Positions 19,474 through 28,746 of a stretch of 64,000 nucleotides of DNA are shown in pieces. The notes beneath the pieces are model-generated. The model saw nothing but the letters and a program-made list of their open reading frames with translations, had not been told where the DNA came from and searched no databases. Position numbers and translations under genes: made by a program. Every line of letters begins with the position of its first letter. Positions within the stretch are counted from its first letter, which is position 1. The DNA is from a virus, in the IMG/VR virus record IMGVR_UViG_3300042465_004839, positions 1-64,000 of that record, one strand, 5' to 3'.

Positions 19474-20152
19474 TGTAATAATGTAAGTTAGTTATTGTCT
19501 TAAATAGGTTTAAAAGCAGTAAATTTGATTTGATATATAATAGCACCACAAAAAATTGAATGTAAAAAGTTTAAGTTATAGATGTGATTCTTTATTTATA
19601 TGTAAATAATGGATCAAAAAACTTATATTTTATACTCAAATTTATTTTTAAATAATTATTTACAATGGTTTATTATTTATAGTGCGAATGGAATCAATTA
19701 AACTTTCTTTATTGAACATATCACATCCTTTAAAATGAATCAGCAAAGTTTTAAATTTTATTTTTAATAATTTTATTTGCTGTTTAATTGTAATCAAATA
19801 ATATAAAAAACTGATAGCCAATGGTTTAACTGGGATGGGGCTGTTTTTTTCTGAACTTTTTTTTACTTTGAATTGAGTAGTTACCTCACTCATTTCCATA
19901 CATACATTAGTAATGGAGGGGGGTGATACTTTGGGGGTGGGCTTTTTTCTTTTCGCCTTAGGTTTATCTTGTAAAGGTTTGTTTTCTTCCATTATGTTTA
20001 TATTTTCTTTAGGCAAAGGTAGTATAAAACCGTATTAAAACAAAACTCTAATAAAATCACTCCTTACTTTGTCTAAACTCGGTAAATACGAAGACAGGCT
20101 AAATAGTATCAAAACACTTGTAAAACTCGAACCGACCGCATATATTTGCAGT

Positions 20153-20563
20153 ATGGAAAAGCAAAAAGAATACCCTAATTTAATCAGATTACCACAGAAA
20201 CCTGAAGTTGCTCATATCGAAAAGAAGCAAGGAATCTATCGAATTATATACAATGATGGCACTTACTATGTAGGTTCATCTAGTAATTTAAACAGCCGAG
20301 CATCAAATTATATGTGCGTTAGGCAATCTAAACACGCTTCTGGAGGATTAAAGAAGTTATTACAAGTTGGTGGTGTATTCGGTGTTATTGAGTACACGCC
20401 TTACCTTAACAAGGTGGATTTACTATTGTTGGAAAGAGAGGAAGTAATTAAAGATGGCAATAAGACTATAAATAGGAGCTGCCCTGCTTGTAGAAGAAAG
20501 ATTGCAACTTGTAATTGTTGTGATAATCATGAAGGGATTACTAAGATGACTGTCTTTTTATAG
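20153..20563 (+). CDS. GIY-YIG domain protein (start revised to 20153)
   Basis: GIYRI...YYVGSSSNLNSR; TATATTTG at 20141-20148 lies 4 nt before ATG 20153. Confidence 0.75.
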   Translation: MEKQKEYPNLIRLPQKPEVAHIEKKQGIYRIIYNDGTYYVGSSSNLNSRASNYMCVRQSKHASGGLKKLLQVGGVFGVIEYTPYLNKVDLLLLEREEVIKDGNKTINRSCPACRRKIATCNCCDNHEGITKMTVFL

Positions 20564-20576
20564 GGTTTGGTTAAGC

Positions 20577-20610
20577 AAAAAAAAGGGGAGTAAGTTGTTA
20601 GCTTCTCCCC
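20577..20610 (-). terminator. Intrinsic terminator of the minus-strand accessory operon
   Basis: Minus strand GGGGAGAAGCT-AAC-AACTTACTCCCC followed by T8. Confidence 0.75.
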
Positions 20611-20669
20611 AGAGTTTGGAATTAGTGTTAGTATTATTTCTTTTAACTTCTAAAAATTCTTTTCATAAT

Positions 20670-22169
20670 TTATTGTATAAAGTTTTCGTTAAAAAAATTC
20701 TCACAGTCCTCTTCTGTGTTTAATCCTCCCTCATCGTAAGTTCCCTGTGCGTATGAGTTTATTAAGCATTGCTTCTCTAATATCAAGAATCTCTGGAACT
20801 CTGTGTTTAAGTCATTACCTATAAAGTATTGATTAGTTTTCATGTAGTCTATTAGCTGTGATACTGCTGTCTTTACCATTACATTTATTATTTATTTAAT
20901 TTCTTAAAATACCTTCTTGCTGATAGTAGGCATAATAATTTTTCAACATTTGGTTTTATTCCTATTTCTGGAAAAACTTCCATTATTACCTTAATTGCTT
21001 TTGTTGTTTCTTTTCTTGTGTATGTTGTCATTTTGTTTCTATGCTCTCTGCTAATTCTAATATATAATTGTTTATTGTTTCTTGCTCAAATGTCAAGCCA
21101 ATAAGCATTGACTTAAATGCTGTAAAAAGTTCTTCAAGTCCTGCAAATTCATTGAGTTCAACTGTGTGCTTAACATATTTGTTGTTTACTGTAAACACTA
21201 TTTTATCTGTCATATCTTTTGATTGTTTTTGTTCTAACATATTTTTATTTGTTATAACTTTAATTTTATTACTTCCTTTATAAACTCTGGTGAGATCCAC
21301 TTGTTAGTTGCTACATAGTACCTGTCTCCATCTTTGTAGGCTTGTACGGTTTCTTCTTTACCCTCAAATTCAGTTCTTACCTCGTACTGATTATCAGGGT
21401 CATATCTTAAGTTGAACTCAATAGCATCCTCGTTATCATGTTCTAAAGCGTGTTGCATAGATGGATTCCTGTTTACCCATTCGTATAGCTTTGCTCTTTC
21501 TTCTGGCGTAAGCTCGTGGTAGTACTCGTTTATCGCCTTATCCCAAAACATTGCTCTTGCTATAGGTCTTGGTGGTATGCAGGCTTCCACGAGGAAGCTA
21601 AACTCAAAGAAGTCAATCTTAAACCTTTGTTTTTCTGCCTTTGCCACTTTAAAATAATTCTTTTAAAACGCATTCATACACAAACTCTGAATTACAATTA
21701 AGTTCATCTAATTCGCCATCAGTTAATTCAACTCCATCTATTTCTGCATAAAAAATATAAGCATCAACGAAGTCGGGGTAATCGCTTGTATCAATATTTG
21801 CCAATTCAATATTTGTTATTTTATCTAATTCCATTACGACATATCTCCCTCAGCTTCTGGGTTAACAGTTATTTTATTTGCTACGTTCTTTTCGTACCAT
21901 ATTTTGTTTGCCTCTACTACGCTATCAAATTCTTTTTGAGGAATAATTCTTTTTAAGGCTTCCTCTCTTGTTGTTATTGGATGCGGAATGTCTTTTTCTA
22001 AAGGTGCTACTGCATTTACTAATTCCTTAGCTAAATTAGTAGCAGCAATGTACTTGTTAATTCCACCTAAACCACTTTGGCTATTTGCTAATAAGCATAC
22101 TGGGCAGTAGTACTGGAACAAATATTCTCTGTACTCTTCTTGTGTGTTAAAGTCTTGTCTTGATTTCAT
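20670..22169 (-). other. Cluster of small hypothetical genes (20670-20879, 21028-21240, 21252-21647, 21649-21834, 21834-22169)
   Basis: Abutting or overlapping ORFs with phage-type composition; 20670-20879 belongs to the KTAV...EKQ family also seen at 32695. Confidence 0.6.
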
Positions 22170-22195
22170 ATGTTTTATAATTTATTTATTTTAAT

Positions 22196-22270
22196 TTGTC
22201 GGGAGCAAGGAATTGAACCTCATTTTCTACCTCTCGTAGGTAGTGTAATTGCCATTATACGACATCCCAA
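22196..22270 (-). tRNA. Degenerate tRNA-like gene (non-canonical anticodon loop TACGAGA)
   Basis: D-arm GTAT-AATGGCAA-TTAC, anticodon stem CTACC/GGTAG, T-arm TGAGG-TTCAATT-CCTTG; imperfect acceptor stem, no U33. Confidence 0.55.
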
Positions 22271-22350
22271 TGTTGATGTCTTTCCATCAGTCAGGTAAGT
22301 TCTCCAGATTAATGGACTGGATGCCATGTAGGAAGATTACCGTTTCTTCG

Positions 22351-22483
22351 TAGTCGAGGGTCAGACTCGAACTGACATGATTTAGTTTCTCTATCTGTAA
22401 TGTGTTAAGAGTACACAAAACATCTTAGCGTCTACCATCAGGAATCAACTTTATCAGTGTTGCCCTTGTTCCGCCACCTGACT
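22351..22483 (-). ncRNA. tRNA-like RNA (Leu/Ser-type D-arm) with large insertions
   Basis: AGTCAGG/CCT(C)GACT acceptor, TGGCGGAA..TGGTAGACGC D-arm, perfect GTCAG-TTCGAGT-CTGAC T-arm. Confidence 0.6.
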
Positions 22484-22491
22484 ATTTTTTA

Positions 22492-22857
22492 TTATCTACT
22501 TACTACTACTCCATTATGCATTAGCGTTACCTGACAAGGTACTTCCACGTTCTCTACTTGCTTGTGCCTCTTTCTTAACCTTTTGCAATACTGTTCGTAA
22601 CTCCACTGGCAATCTTCTTTTTTATTGTAGGACTGCCACTTATAAATTAAACCTTTAGAACAATTATTAGTTAAGTCGTACACTATATCTCTGATATTAA
22701 AGTAGTAATGCTCAAAATATTTAACTATATCGCCTGATTCTTGTGCCATATTATAATCAAAACTAATCTTTTGCTTTTTTATAAATTCGTCAATATATCC
22801 TGTGCAGATACGCTCGTATTCAATGTTTAAAGTAGATACAATTTCTTTTCGTGTCAT
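22492..22857 (-). CDS. Hypothetical protein
   Basis: 121-aa ORF downstream of the promoter at 22886-22879. Confidence 0.6.
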   Translation of the reverse strand: MTRKEIVSTLNIEYERICTGYIDEFIKKQKISFDYNMAQESGDIVKYFEHYYFNIRDIVYDLTNNCSKGLIYKWQSYNKKEDCQWSYEQYCKRLRKRHKQVENVEVPCQVTLMHNGVVVSR

Positions 22858-23115
22858 GATTTTTGATATTTCATTTCACAAAAGTATCAATATAATTTAC
22901 AATTACTAATTAAATTATATTAATCTTTATAATAATATATTTTTATAATCTATACCTCGCCAAATGTACCTAAAAAAACATAGTTTTGGCGAGTTATGTT
23001 CTATATATTAGATGTCAGTTTAAAACTGATACCCTTACTAAAATACCTAAATATACATTTTAAGTACTCATTTTGTGTAATATCATACAAATACGGTACT
23101 TAAAATGTGATTTTT

Positions 23116-23313
23116 TCACATTTGCCTGTCTAAAGATATATTCTTACAGAATCTAATTTCACGATTGCTAAGAGTCCAAATCTGACCGTCATCCATAGCA
23201 CATGTAAATAGTAAATCGTGTTCTTGTGAGTAGTCAATTAAAATAAAAGCATAACCCTCCATATTATCTGATACTCTAAATATCGGTATCATTGGATTTA
23301 ATTGTAGTATCAT
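23116..23313 (-). CDS. Small hypothetical phage protein
   Basis: MILQLNP...LIDYSQEHDL...DGQIW...N...R. Confidence 0.6.
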   Translation of the reverse strand: MILQLNPMIPIFRVSDNMEGYAFILIDYSQEHDLLFTCAMDDGQIWTLSNREIRFCKNISLDRQM

Positions 23314-23441
23314 CTGTTTGTTATTTTGTACAATTTACTTGGTTTTGTCTGACATATCATACACGTTACTACTGTAACTACTAGTTATTGAATGATTTAT
23401 CATACATTTTGGTCACATCTCTATCCCAGATTTGTGACGAA

Positions 23442-23621
23442 CTATCTCAAGAATATTTTAATAGTTCTACCACCATCCTGATACTGAACCTCGACTTCCT
23501 GAAAATCTCCCATTTCTTTATACATGGTTAGTAGTCTACCTATAGGTCTATCATTGCCTGCGTGGTTAATAACCTCAAAACGAGTAACCTCTACTTTATC
23601 TTTTTCTTTATTGTTTTCCAT
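23442..23621 (-). CDS. 59-aa hypothetical protein (not in ORF track)
   Basis: MENNKEKDKVEVTRFEVINH...QDGGRTIKIFLR. Confidence 0.55.
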   Translation of the reverse strand: MENNKEKDKVEVTRFEVINHAGNDRPIGRLLTMYKEMGDFQEVEVQYQDGGRTIKIFLR

Positions 23622-23630
23622 TATTTTTTA

Positions 23631-23936
23631 TTATTTATTTGTTGTTAGGTATTGATGTAATAATCCTGCTATAGACTCCACTAATTGTTCATTCATCCAA
23701 TCTGGGTTTCCACTATGGTAAAGTATGCAATGTGCAAGCTCATGGCAAAAAGTGGATTCAACTATGCTCTGCTTGTACTTTCTCCAGCCTTTCTCTGCCT
23801 TGTACTTGCTTGCTATTATGATTATGTTGTCATAAGATATAAATCTTCCGAAGCATTCGTTTTCAGCACAGTACTTATTATCGTACTTTACTAGTATTGT
23901 TTGCCCAAGCATATTGAAGGAGGATGGTATAATCAT
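23631..23936 (-). CDS. Small zincin-type metallopeptidase domain protein
   Basis: STFCHELAHCIL (HExxH) with downstream NEQLVE. Confidence 0.7.
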   Translation of the reverse strand: MIIPSSFNMLGQTILVKYDNKYCAENECFGRFISYDNIIIIASKYKAEKGWRKYKQSIVESTFCHELAHCILYHSGNPDWMNEQLVESIAGLLHQYLTTNK

Positions 23937-23938
23937 GG

Positions 23939-25096
23939 TTAAAAAATGTGTGAAATTCGTGCAATTTGACCATTTTCCTTACAATGCAAAAATGCTTCAC
24001 AACATTTTGGTGCGTGTTGATATCCGTTTCTGTGATGCCAACTGTCTGTACCTGAAGGACTTCTTAGACTTTCAATAGTTATACCTGCATAATCCTTGCT
24101 TGTCTTATGGTGGACGTGGTGTGTATAGATGTAACGATGTTTTGTTGCAGCCCACTCTCTACTAAACTCTACTGCCATTAATAGAGGCAAATCTTGTTGT
24201 TTCGCACCATCTCCATGAGTTGTGCCTATTAAATTTTTGTAATATTGAAAACCTTTTCTATGCGCTATTGAACAATCGAATGTTATGTTTTTACAGTCTT
24301 TAAAATATGTTTCAATTACCTGAGCAAGAAAAAATCCGTTAGTATAATCGTGATTACTTGGGTTAAATGTAAAGTGTACGTCTGCTATACTAATTAATAT
24401 TTCTAATACTTCAATGTATAATTGTTTTGCAATTAAAAAGTTGCTGTGCCACATTCCATCAGTATCTTGTGGAGTTCCGCTTGTAGTAGTTCTATTCGGA
24501 TTATCTATGTGGAGGATATCGTTACCGCCAATAAATAAAATTTTGTCTATATTAAAACTTGAAACCTTTTGTAATATACCTTTTACTCCATCTAAAACTC
24601 TTTGAACTGCTATTTGATTATTGTATGACTCTCCACTTTCAAAAGATGTACATAGTTTCCCAATATGTATATCTGCAGGATCTAAAACTAATAAGTAAGA
24701 ATCTTTGTTTTCTATTCTTTTTAATTTAGGGAATTTAGGAATATAAGCTTGAATATCTTTTATTAGTTCTGCTCTAAAATCTAATTCTAATAGTTCCTCT
24801 GGGGCTACAAAATTAGGATTCTTAATAAACAAACTTGCGGTTTTGTTTTTAAGCCACAAGTGTTTAACATTTCCAAAGTCTACATCTAACCCTTCAGTTG
24901 CTTCGTAAATTCCTTCGTGTTTATCTAAAATTCTATTACGATTTCTTCTTACATAAGTTCTTAGTAAGTCTACTTGGTATTTATCATCTCCTAAAATCGA
25001 TTTTGCTACCTGTTGGTCTGTAAATGATTCATTTTTTAATAAACACTCCTTAATTTTATTATCGTAAATAGTCCATTGTGATGTTTTGTTTCCCAT
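23939..25096 (-). CDS. Calcineurin-like metallophosphoesterase
   Basis: DIHIG, GNDILH, SNHD, THGD, HHVHH motifs. Confidence 0.85.
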   Translation of the reverse strand: MGNKTSQWTIYDNKIKECLLKNESFTDQQVAKSILGDDKYQVDLLRTYVRRNRNRILDKHEGIYEATEGLDVDFGNVKHLWLKNKTASLFIKNPNFVAPEELLELDFRAELIKDIQAYIPKFPKLKRIENKDSYLLVLDPADIHIGKLCTSFESGESYNNQIAVQRVLDGVKGILQKVSSFNIDKILFIGGNDILHIDNPNRTTTSGTPQDTDGMWHSNFLIAKQLYIEVLEILISIADVHFTFNPSNHDYTNGFFLAQVIETYFKDCKNITFDCSIAHRKGFQYYKNLIGTTHGDGAKQQDLPLLMAVEFSREWAATKHRYIYTHHVHHKTSKDYAGITIESLRSPSGTDSWHHRNGYQHAPKCCEAFLHCKENGQIARISHIF

Positions 25097-25102
25097 ATAT
25101 GT

Positions 25103-25297
25103 TTATTTAAACCCAAATAAATTTTTAATATTGTCTAATACATCATCTTCAAAAATATTAGATTTAGTAATGTCTTCTACACTAATATAGTTTAGTCTGT
25201 CATTTACTTGTTTCTTGGCATCTTCTATATTATAAGCTCTAACCTTAGTACTCATCTTTCTACCGTAGAATTCAAAACGTAGTATGTAATCTTTCAT
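25103..25297 (-). CDS. Small hypothetical protein (probably leaderless)
   Basis: TACTTTTG at 25309-25302, 4 nt before the ATG. Confidence 0.6.
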   Translation of the reverse strand: MKDYILRFEFYGRKMSTKVRAYNIEDAKKQVNDRLNYISVEDITKSNIFEDDVLDNIKNLFGFK

Positions 25298-25471
25298 ATT
25301 GCAAAAGTAGTGATGTTTAGCTAAATAACTAATTAAATTAATTTAATCGAATTATATTCTTGGGTACTATACCTTTGTTAGATAATATTTTAGCTAAAAT
25401 TAATATTAAAAGAGTAAATAGCTAAAATGTTAGATTAAAAAAATATAATTTGTTTTATTGAATGTAGTTAT

Positions 25472-25593
25472 TATATTTGCAGCGTACTAATTGGTATTAT
25501 TGAAGTAGAGAGCAGTAATACCTATTAACTAGGATTAATTAAACAATTAATCAAGCCCTGAACAATTCTCTACTTGTTTGGGGCTTTTATTTT
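25472..25593 (+). promoter_or_regulatory. Promoter + three-hairpin leader with complementary loops and terminator
   Basis: TATATTTG 25472-79; hairpins 25493-25522, 25533-25552, 25553-25586; U-rich tail. Confidence 0.7.
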
Positions 25594-25595
25594 AT

Positions 25596-26057
25596 ATGAA
25601 AAACTTTGATAGTTTTAAAAACGCAATTTCGGTATACCTAAAGTTTAACGATAGATATTGCCTTCAATATTTAGAGCCAATAGGTCATAAAAAAATTTCT
25701 ATTATTTTATCTTTAATTAGAAAAGACAATGAAATTACACAGGAACAATATTATACAGTATGTTCAATGTATAGTCATTTCTATAGTAATTATTTTAAAA
25801 TAAAAAATTTAAATAGTTTAGAACCAAGAAAAATTGCACAGCAGTTTATTAGTAGAAAAAAAATAAGACATTTTATTTTTAAAAGAGATGGTTTTAAGTG
25901 CTTAAAGTGTGGTTCTGAAAATAAATTACAGATTGACCATATATTACCAATAGCAAAAAAAGGAGAAAATAAAATATCAAATTTACAAACACTTTGTATT
26001 TTTTGTAACAGTAAAAAAAGAGATAATTATAAAGACTATAGAAATGGCGGAAAATAA
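25596..26057 (+). CDS. HNH endonuclease (start revised to ATG 25596)
   Basis: RDGFKCLKCG...IDHILP...G.N...NLQTLCIFCNSKK. Confidence 0.85.
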   Translation: MKNFDSFKNAISVYLKFNDRYCLQYLEPIGHKKISIILSLIRKDNEITQEQYYTVCSMYSHFYSNYFKIKNLNSLEPRKIAQQFISRKKIRHFIFKRDGFKCLKCGSENKLQIDHILPIAKKGENKISNLQTLCIFCNSKKRDNYKDYRNGGK

Positions 26058-26679
26058 AAAATCATTTATTGCATATTCTGATTGGCATGGAATGTTCCAC
26101 GCACTTCCAGATGAAGTTGCAGGCAAATTAATTAAACATATATTCTCTTATGTAAATGACGAGAATCCTTCAAGCGAAGATTTTATTATAAATGCTTTAT
26201 TTGAGCAGATAAAAGCAACTCTTAAAAGGGATTTAATTAAATGGGATAAAGAGCGTATTCAAAGAAGTGACGCAGGTAAAAAAAGTGCTGAATTAAGGTC
26301 AATCAAATTCAACGAGCGTTCAACGGAAGTTAACGAGCTTCAACGAAAAGCAACTGTAAGTGTAAGTGATAGTGTAAATGAAAATGAAATAAATAAGGAT
26401 ATAGATTTTAAAAAACCAAGTTTAGAAAATTGCATTGAAATTTTTAAAACTAAAACTGCTTTTAATTGGACAGAAAATTATGCATTAAAATCAGCAAACA
26501 CATTTTATTATTTTTATGAATCTAAAAATTGGATGGTTGGTAAAAATAAAATGAAAAGTTTAAATGGTGCTATTGGTGGTTGGATTTCAAGGGATCAAAA
26601 CCCTGAATTATCTACAACTAAATCTAAAGAACAAATAATTAACGAAAAAAAAGCATATTATAAAAATTTAGGATTCTAA
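26044..26679 (+). CDS. Replication initiator-like protein (DUF6291-like N-terminus)
   Basis: KKSFIAYSDW...LPDEVAGKLIKHIFSY; C-terminal FYYFYESKNWMVGKNKMK; adjacent to the helicase. Confidence 0.7.
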   Translation: MAENKKSFIAYSDWHGMFHALPDEVAGKLIKHIFSYVNDENPSSEDFIINALFEQIKATLKRDLIKWDKERIQRSDAGKKSAELRSIKFNERSTEVNELQRKATVSVSDSVNENEINKDIDFKKPSLENCIEIFKTKTAFNWTENYALKSANTFYYFYESKNWMVGKNKMKSLNGAIGGWISRDQNPELSTTKSKEQIINEKKAYYKNLGF

Positions 26680-26681
26680 TT

Positions 26682-27689
26682 ATGAACGTAAAAATAATTG
26701 ATTATTACAAAAAAAGTGATGAATTTGAAAACTATCATACAACTGGCGGTGCAGGAATGAACTACGCAGGTTTTGAATGTTTAAACGGAGTGTTTCAGTT
26801 TGCTCAAGATGGTATTACAGATATAACAGGAACACCGGGAAGTGGTAAAACTGAATTTGGATTAGAACTTTTGTTTTATCAGTCAGAGGTTTTTGGGTTA
26901 CGACACTTGATTTATGCTCCTGACATCGGTAGTTACAACGAAATAAGAAGAAAACTACTTGTAAAGTACTACAGAAGAAGCTTTAGAGGATATGCGAACT
27001 CAATAACAAAAACAGAGTTAGTCACTTGTATAGCTTTTATTGATACACACTTTCTTATAGCTGCAAAGTCTGACATAAAAAAACCTTTAACACCAATGGA
27101 CTTATGGAACTTTACCGTTGATTACAAGGATAATAGTGGTGGTATTGACACTTGCTTTATTGATAGTTGGAAAAACTTATACCACGACTATACAGGCAGA
27201 GAGGATCAGTACTTAGACTATATTTTATGTTATAGAAACGAGTTAGCAGAAGCAACAAAAAAGCATTTTATGACTATATCCCATCCTAAATCTACTGAGT
27301 TTGACAAAGATACCAAGAAGCCAAGAATACCAACAGCGCACGATATAAGTGGTGGAGCTTCTTGGTTTAGAAATGGTAAAACCATTGTAACTATTGACTG
27401 GGCAGATAGAGAAAATGGAAACATTGATGCATACTTTTGGAAGGTAAAGCCTGACACAATTGGTAGAGCAAAGTTAATATTTCAAGAGCTTGAGTTTGAT
27501 TGGAAGAAGTCAAGGTATAGGGAAACGATTGAGGGGCGAATATGTTACGCAGGACAAGGCAAGGAGTTAAGAGAAAAAGGTGAATTTATCGGATTTGGTA
27601 GCGTAGATAAAAGCATTAGGGCAGGAGAACAGATAGCAACTCAAGCAAGTTTTGATTTACCATCACAAGATAATGATATCCCATTTTAA
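26682..27689 (+). CDS. SF4 (DnaB/T7 gp4-like) helicase domain
   Basis: Walker A GTPGSGKT, Walker B CFIDSW, SHPK, DISGGASW; acidic NDIPF tail. Confidence 0.8.
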   Translation: MNVKIIDYYKKSDEFENYHTTGGAGMNYAGFECLNGVFQFAQDGITDITGTPGSGKTEFGLELLFYQSEVFGLRHLIYAPDIGSYNEIRRKLLVKYYRRSFRGYANSITKTELVTCIAFIDTHFLIAAKSDIKKPLTPMDLWNFTVDYKDNSGGIDTCFIDSWKNLYHDYTGREDQYLDYILCYRNELAEATKKHFMTISHPKSTEFDKDTKKPRIPTAHDISGGASWFRNGKTIVTIDWADRENGNIDAYFWKVKPDTIGRAKLIFQELEFDWKKSRYRETIEGRICYAGQGKELREKGEFIGFGSVDKSIRAGEQIATQASFDLPSQDNDIPF

Positions 27690-27692
27690 ATT

Positions 27693-28094
27693 ATGACAGA
27701 AGAATTAAAACAATTTTTAGATGAGGAGAGGAAGATAAACGAAATTAGAACTGCTGACTATAAAAAATTAAAGGTAATAATGGAGGAATATTGTGGATTT
27801 ACAAATCTTACTACACAGAATGAGCCTTGCTACATTAATCTTTGGGCAATAAATTCGTTTGTAGAGAGTTTTGAGAGTAAAGCCATACTATCGGAGGGTA
27901 AGTCTAAAGATAATGCCTTAAAACATCTTAAAACACTTTATGAAATTCAGCAGCAGTATGGTAAGTTTTACTTTGAGTCAATAATATATCGTGAAAAGGT
28001 AGCCAAACTTGAAAGAAATCAATTTAAATTTATAGATAAAATAAAAGAACTTCAAAAAGAAGTTGCACTTTTGCAAAAACAAATAGAATTTTAA
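27693..28094 (+). CDS. Coiled-coil hypothetical protein
   Basis: 133 aa, in operon with the helicase. Confidence 0.55.
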   Translation: MTEELKQFLDEERKINEIRTADYKKLKVIMEEYCGFTNLTTQNEPCYINLWAINSFVESFESKAILSEGKSKDNALKHLKTLYEIQQQYGKFYFESIIYREKVAKLERNQFKFIDKIKELQKEVALLQKQIEF

Positions 28095-28290
28095 AAACAA
28101 ACAAAAACATGGAAAAAAAAGAATTATTATTAGAAATTGAGTGTAAGTATGGGTTCTATACCTGCGCAAACAAAGTTGAATCATTTTGTGAAACTTGTAA
28201 TGAAGGAGATAATTATGAAGACAATGGGGAATAAAATGAATTTTTTTGATGGTTTATTTTATTATGTGGACAAATTTATTATATTTGCAT

Positions 28291-28746
28291 ATGGAAAAAA
28301 TATTAGAACAATATGATAACAAATATTCAGTTACAACTGAAGGAAAAGTTTTTAGTTTAAAAGGAAACAAAAAAGAATTATTAGGGAAAATATGTAAATC
28401 AGGTTATAGACAAATTCTTATTAACCACAAAGGAATTAGAAAGTATTTTTTAGTTCATAGATTAATATTATCATCTTTTGTTCTTAATCCTTTTAATAAA
28501 AGAACAGTTAATCATAAAGATGGAAATAAATTAAATAATAATGTATCTAATTTAGAATGGAATACAGATTCTGAAAATCAAATTCACGCTATTGAAAAAA
28601 AACTTATTATACATAAAATTGATTACGAAATTGCTGAAAAAATAAGAAATGATGTAGGAAGTCATAGAGAATTAGCAATAAAATACAAATTAGGTAAAAC
28701 ACAAATTGGATATATTAAACAAAATAAAAGATGGAAAATAAAATAA
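28291..28746 (+). CDS. HNH homing endonuclease (start revised to 28291)
   Basis: VHRLI...VNHKDGNKLNNNVSNLEW...EN; TATATTTG at 28280-87. Confidence 0.85.
   Translation: MEKILEQYDNKYSVTTEGKVFSLKGNKKELLGKICKSGYRQILINHKGIRKYFLVHRLILSSFVLNPFNKRTVNHKDGNKLNNNVSNLEWNTDSENQIHAIEKKLIIHKIDYEIAEKIRNDVGSHRELAIKYKLGKTQIGYIKQNKRWKIK

Noticed and set aside
19660-20016. 118-aa minus-strand ORF
   Set aside because: TTG start, low-complexity K/P content derived from the G- and T-runs; probably non-coding.
22274-22350. Theta (HDV-like) ribozyme downstream of the tRNA-like gene
   Set aside because: I could not build P1/P1.1/P2/P3 with the GG and catalytic C junction; kept only as an unclassified structure.
23439-23467. 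GAACTAT/ATAGTTC inverted repeat
   Set aside because: Lies mostly within the 3' end of ORF 23442-23621 and is short enough to be chance.
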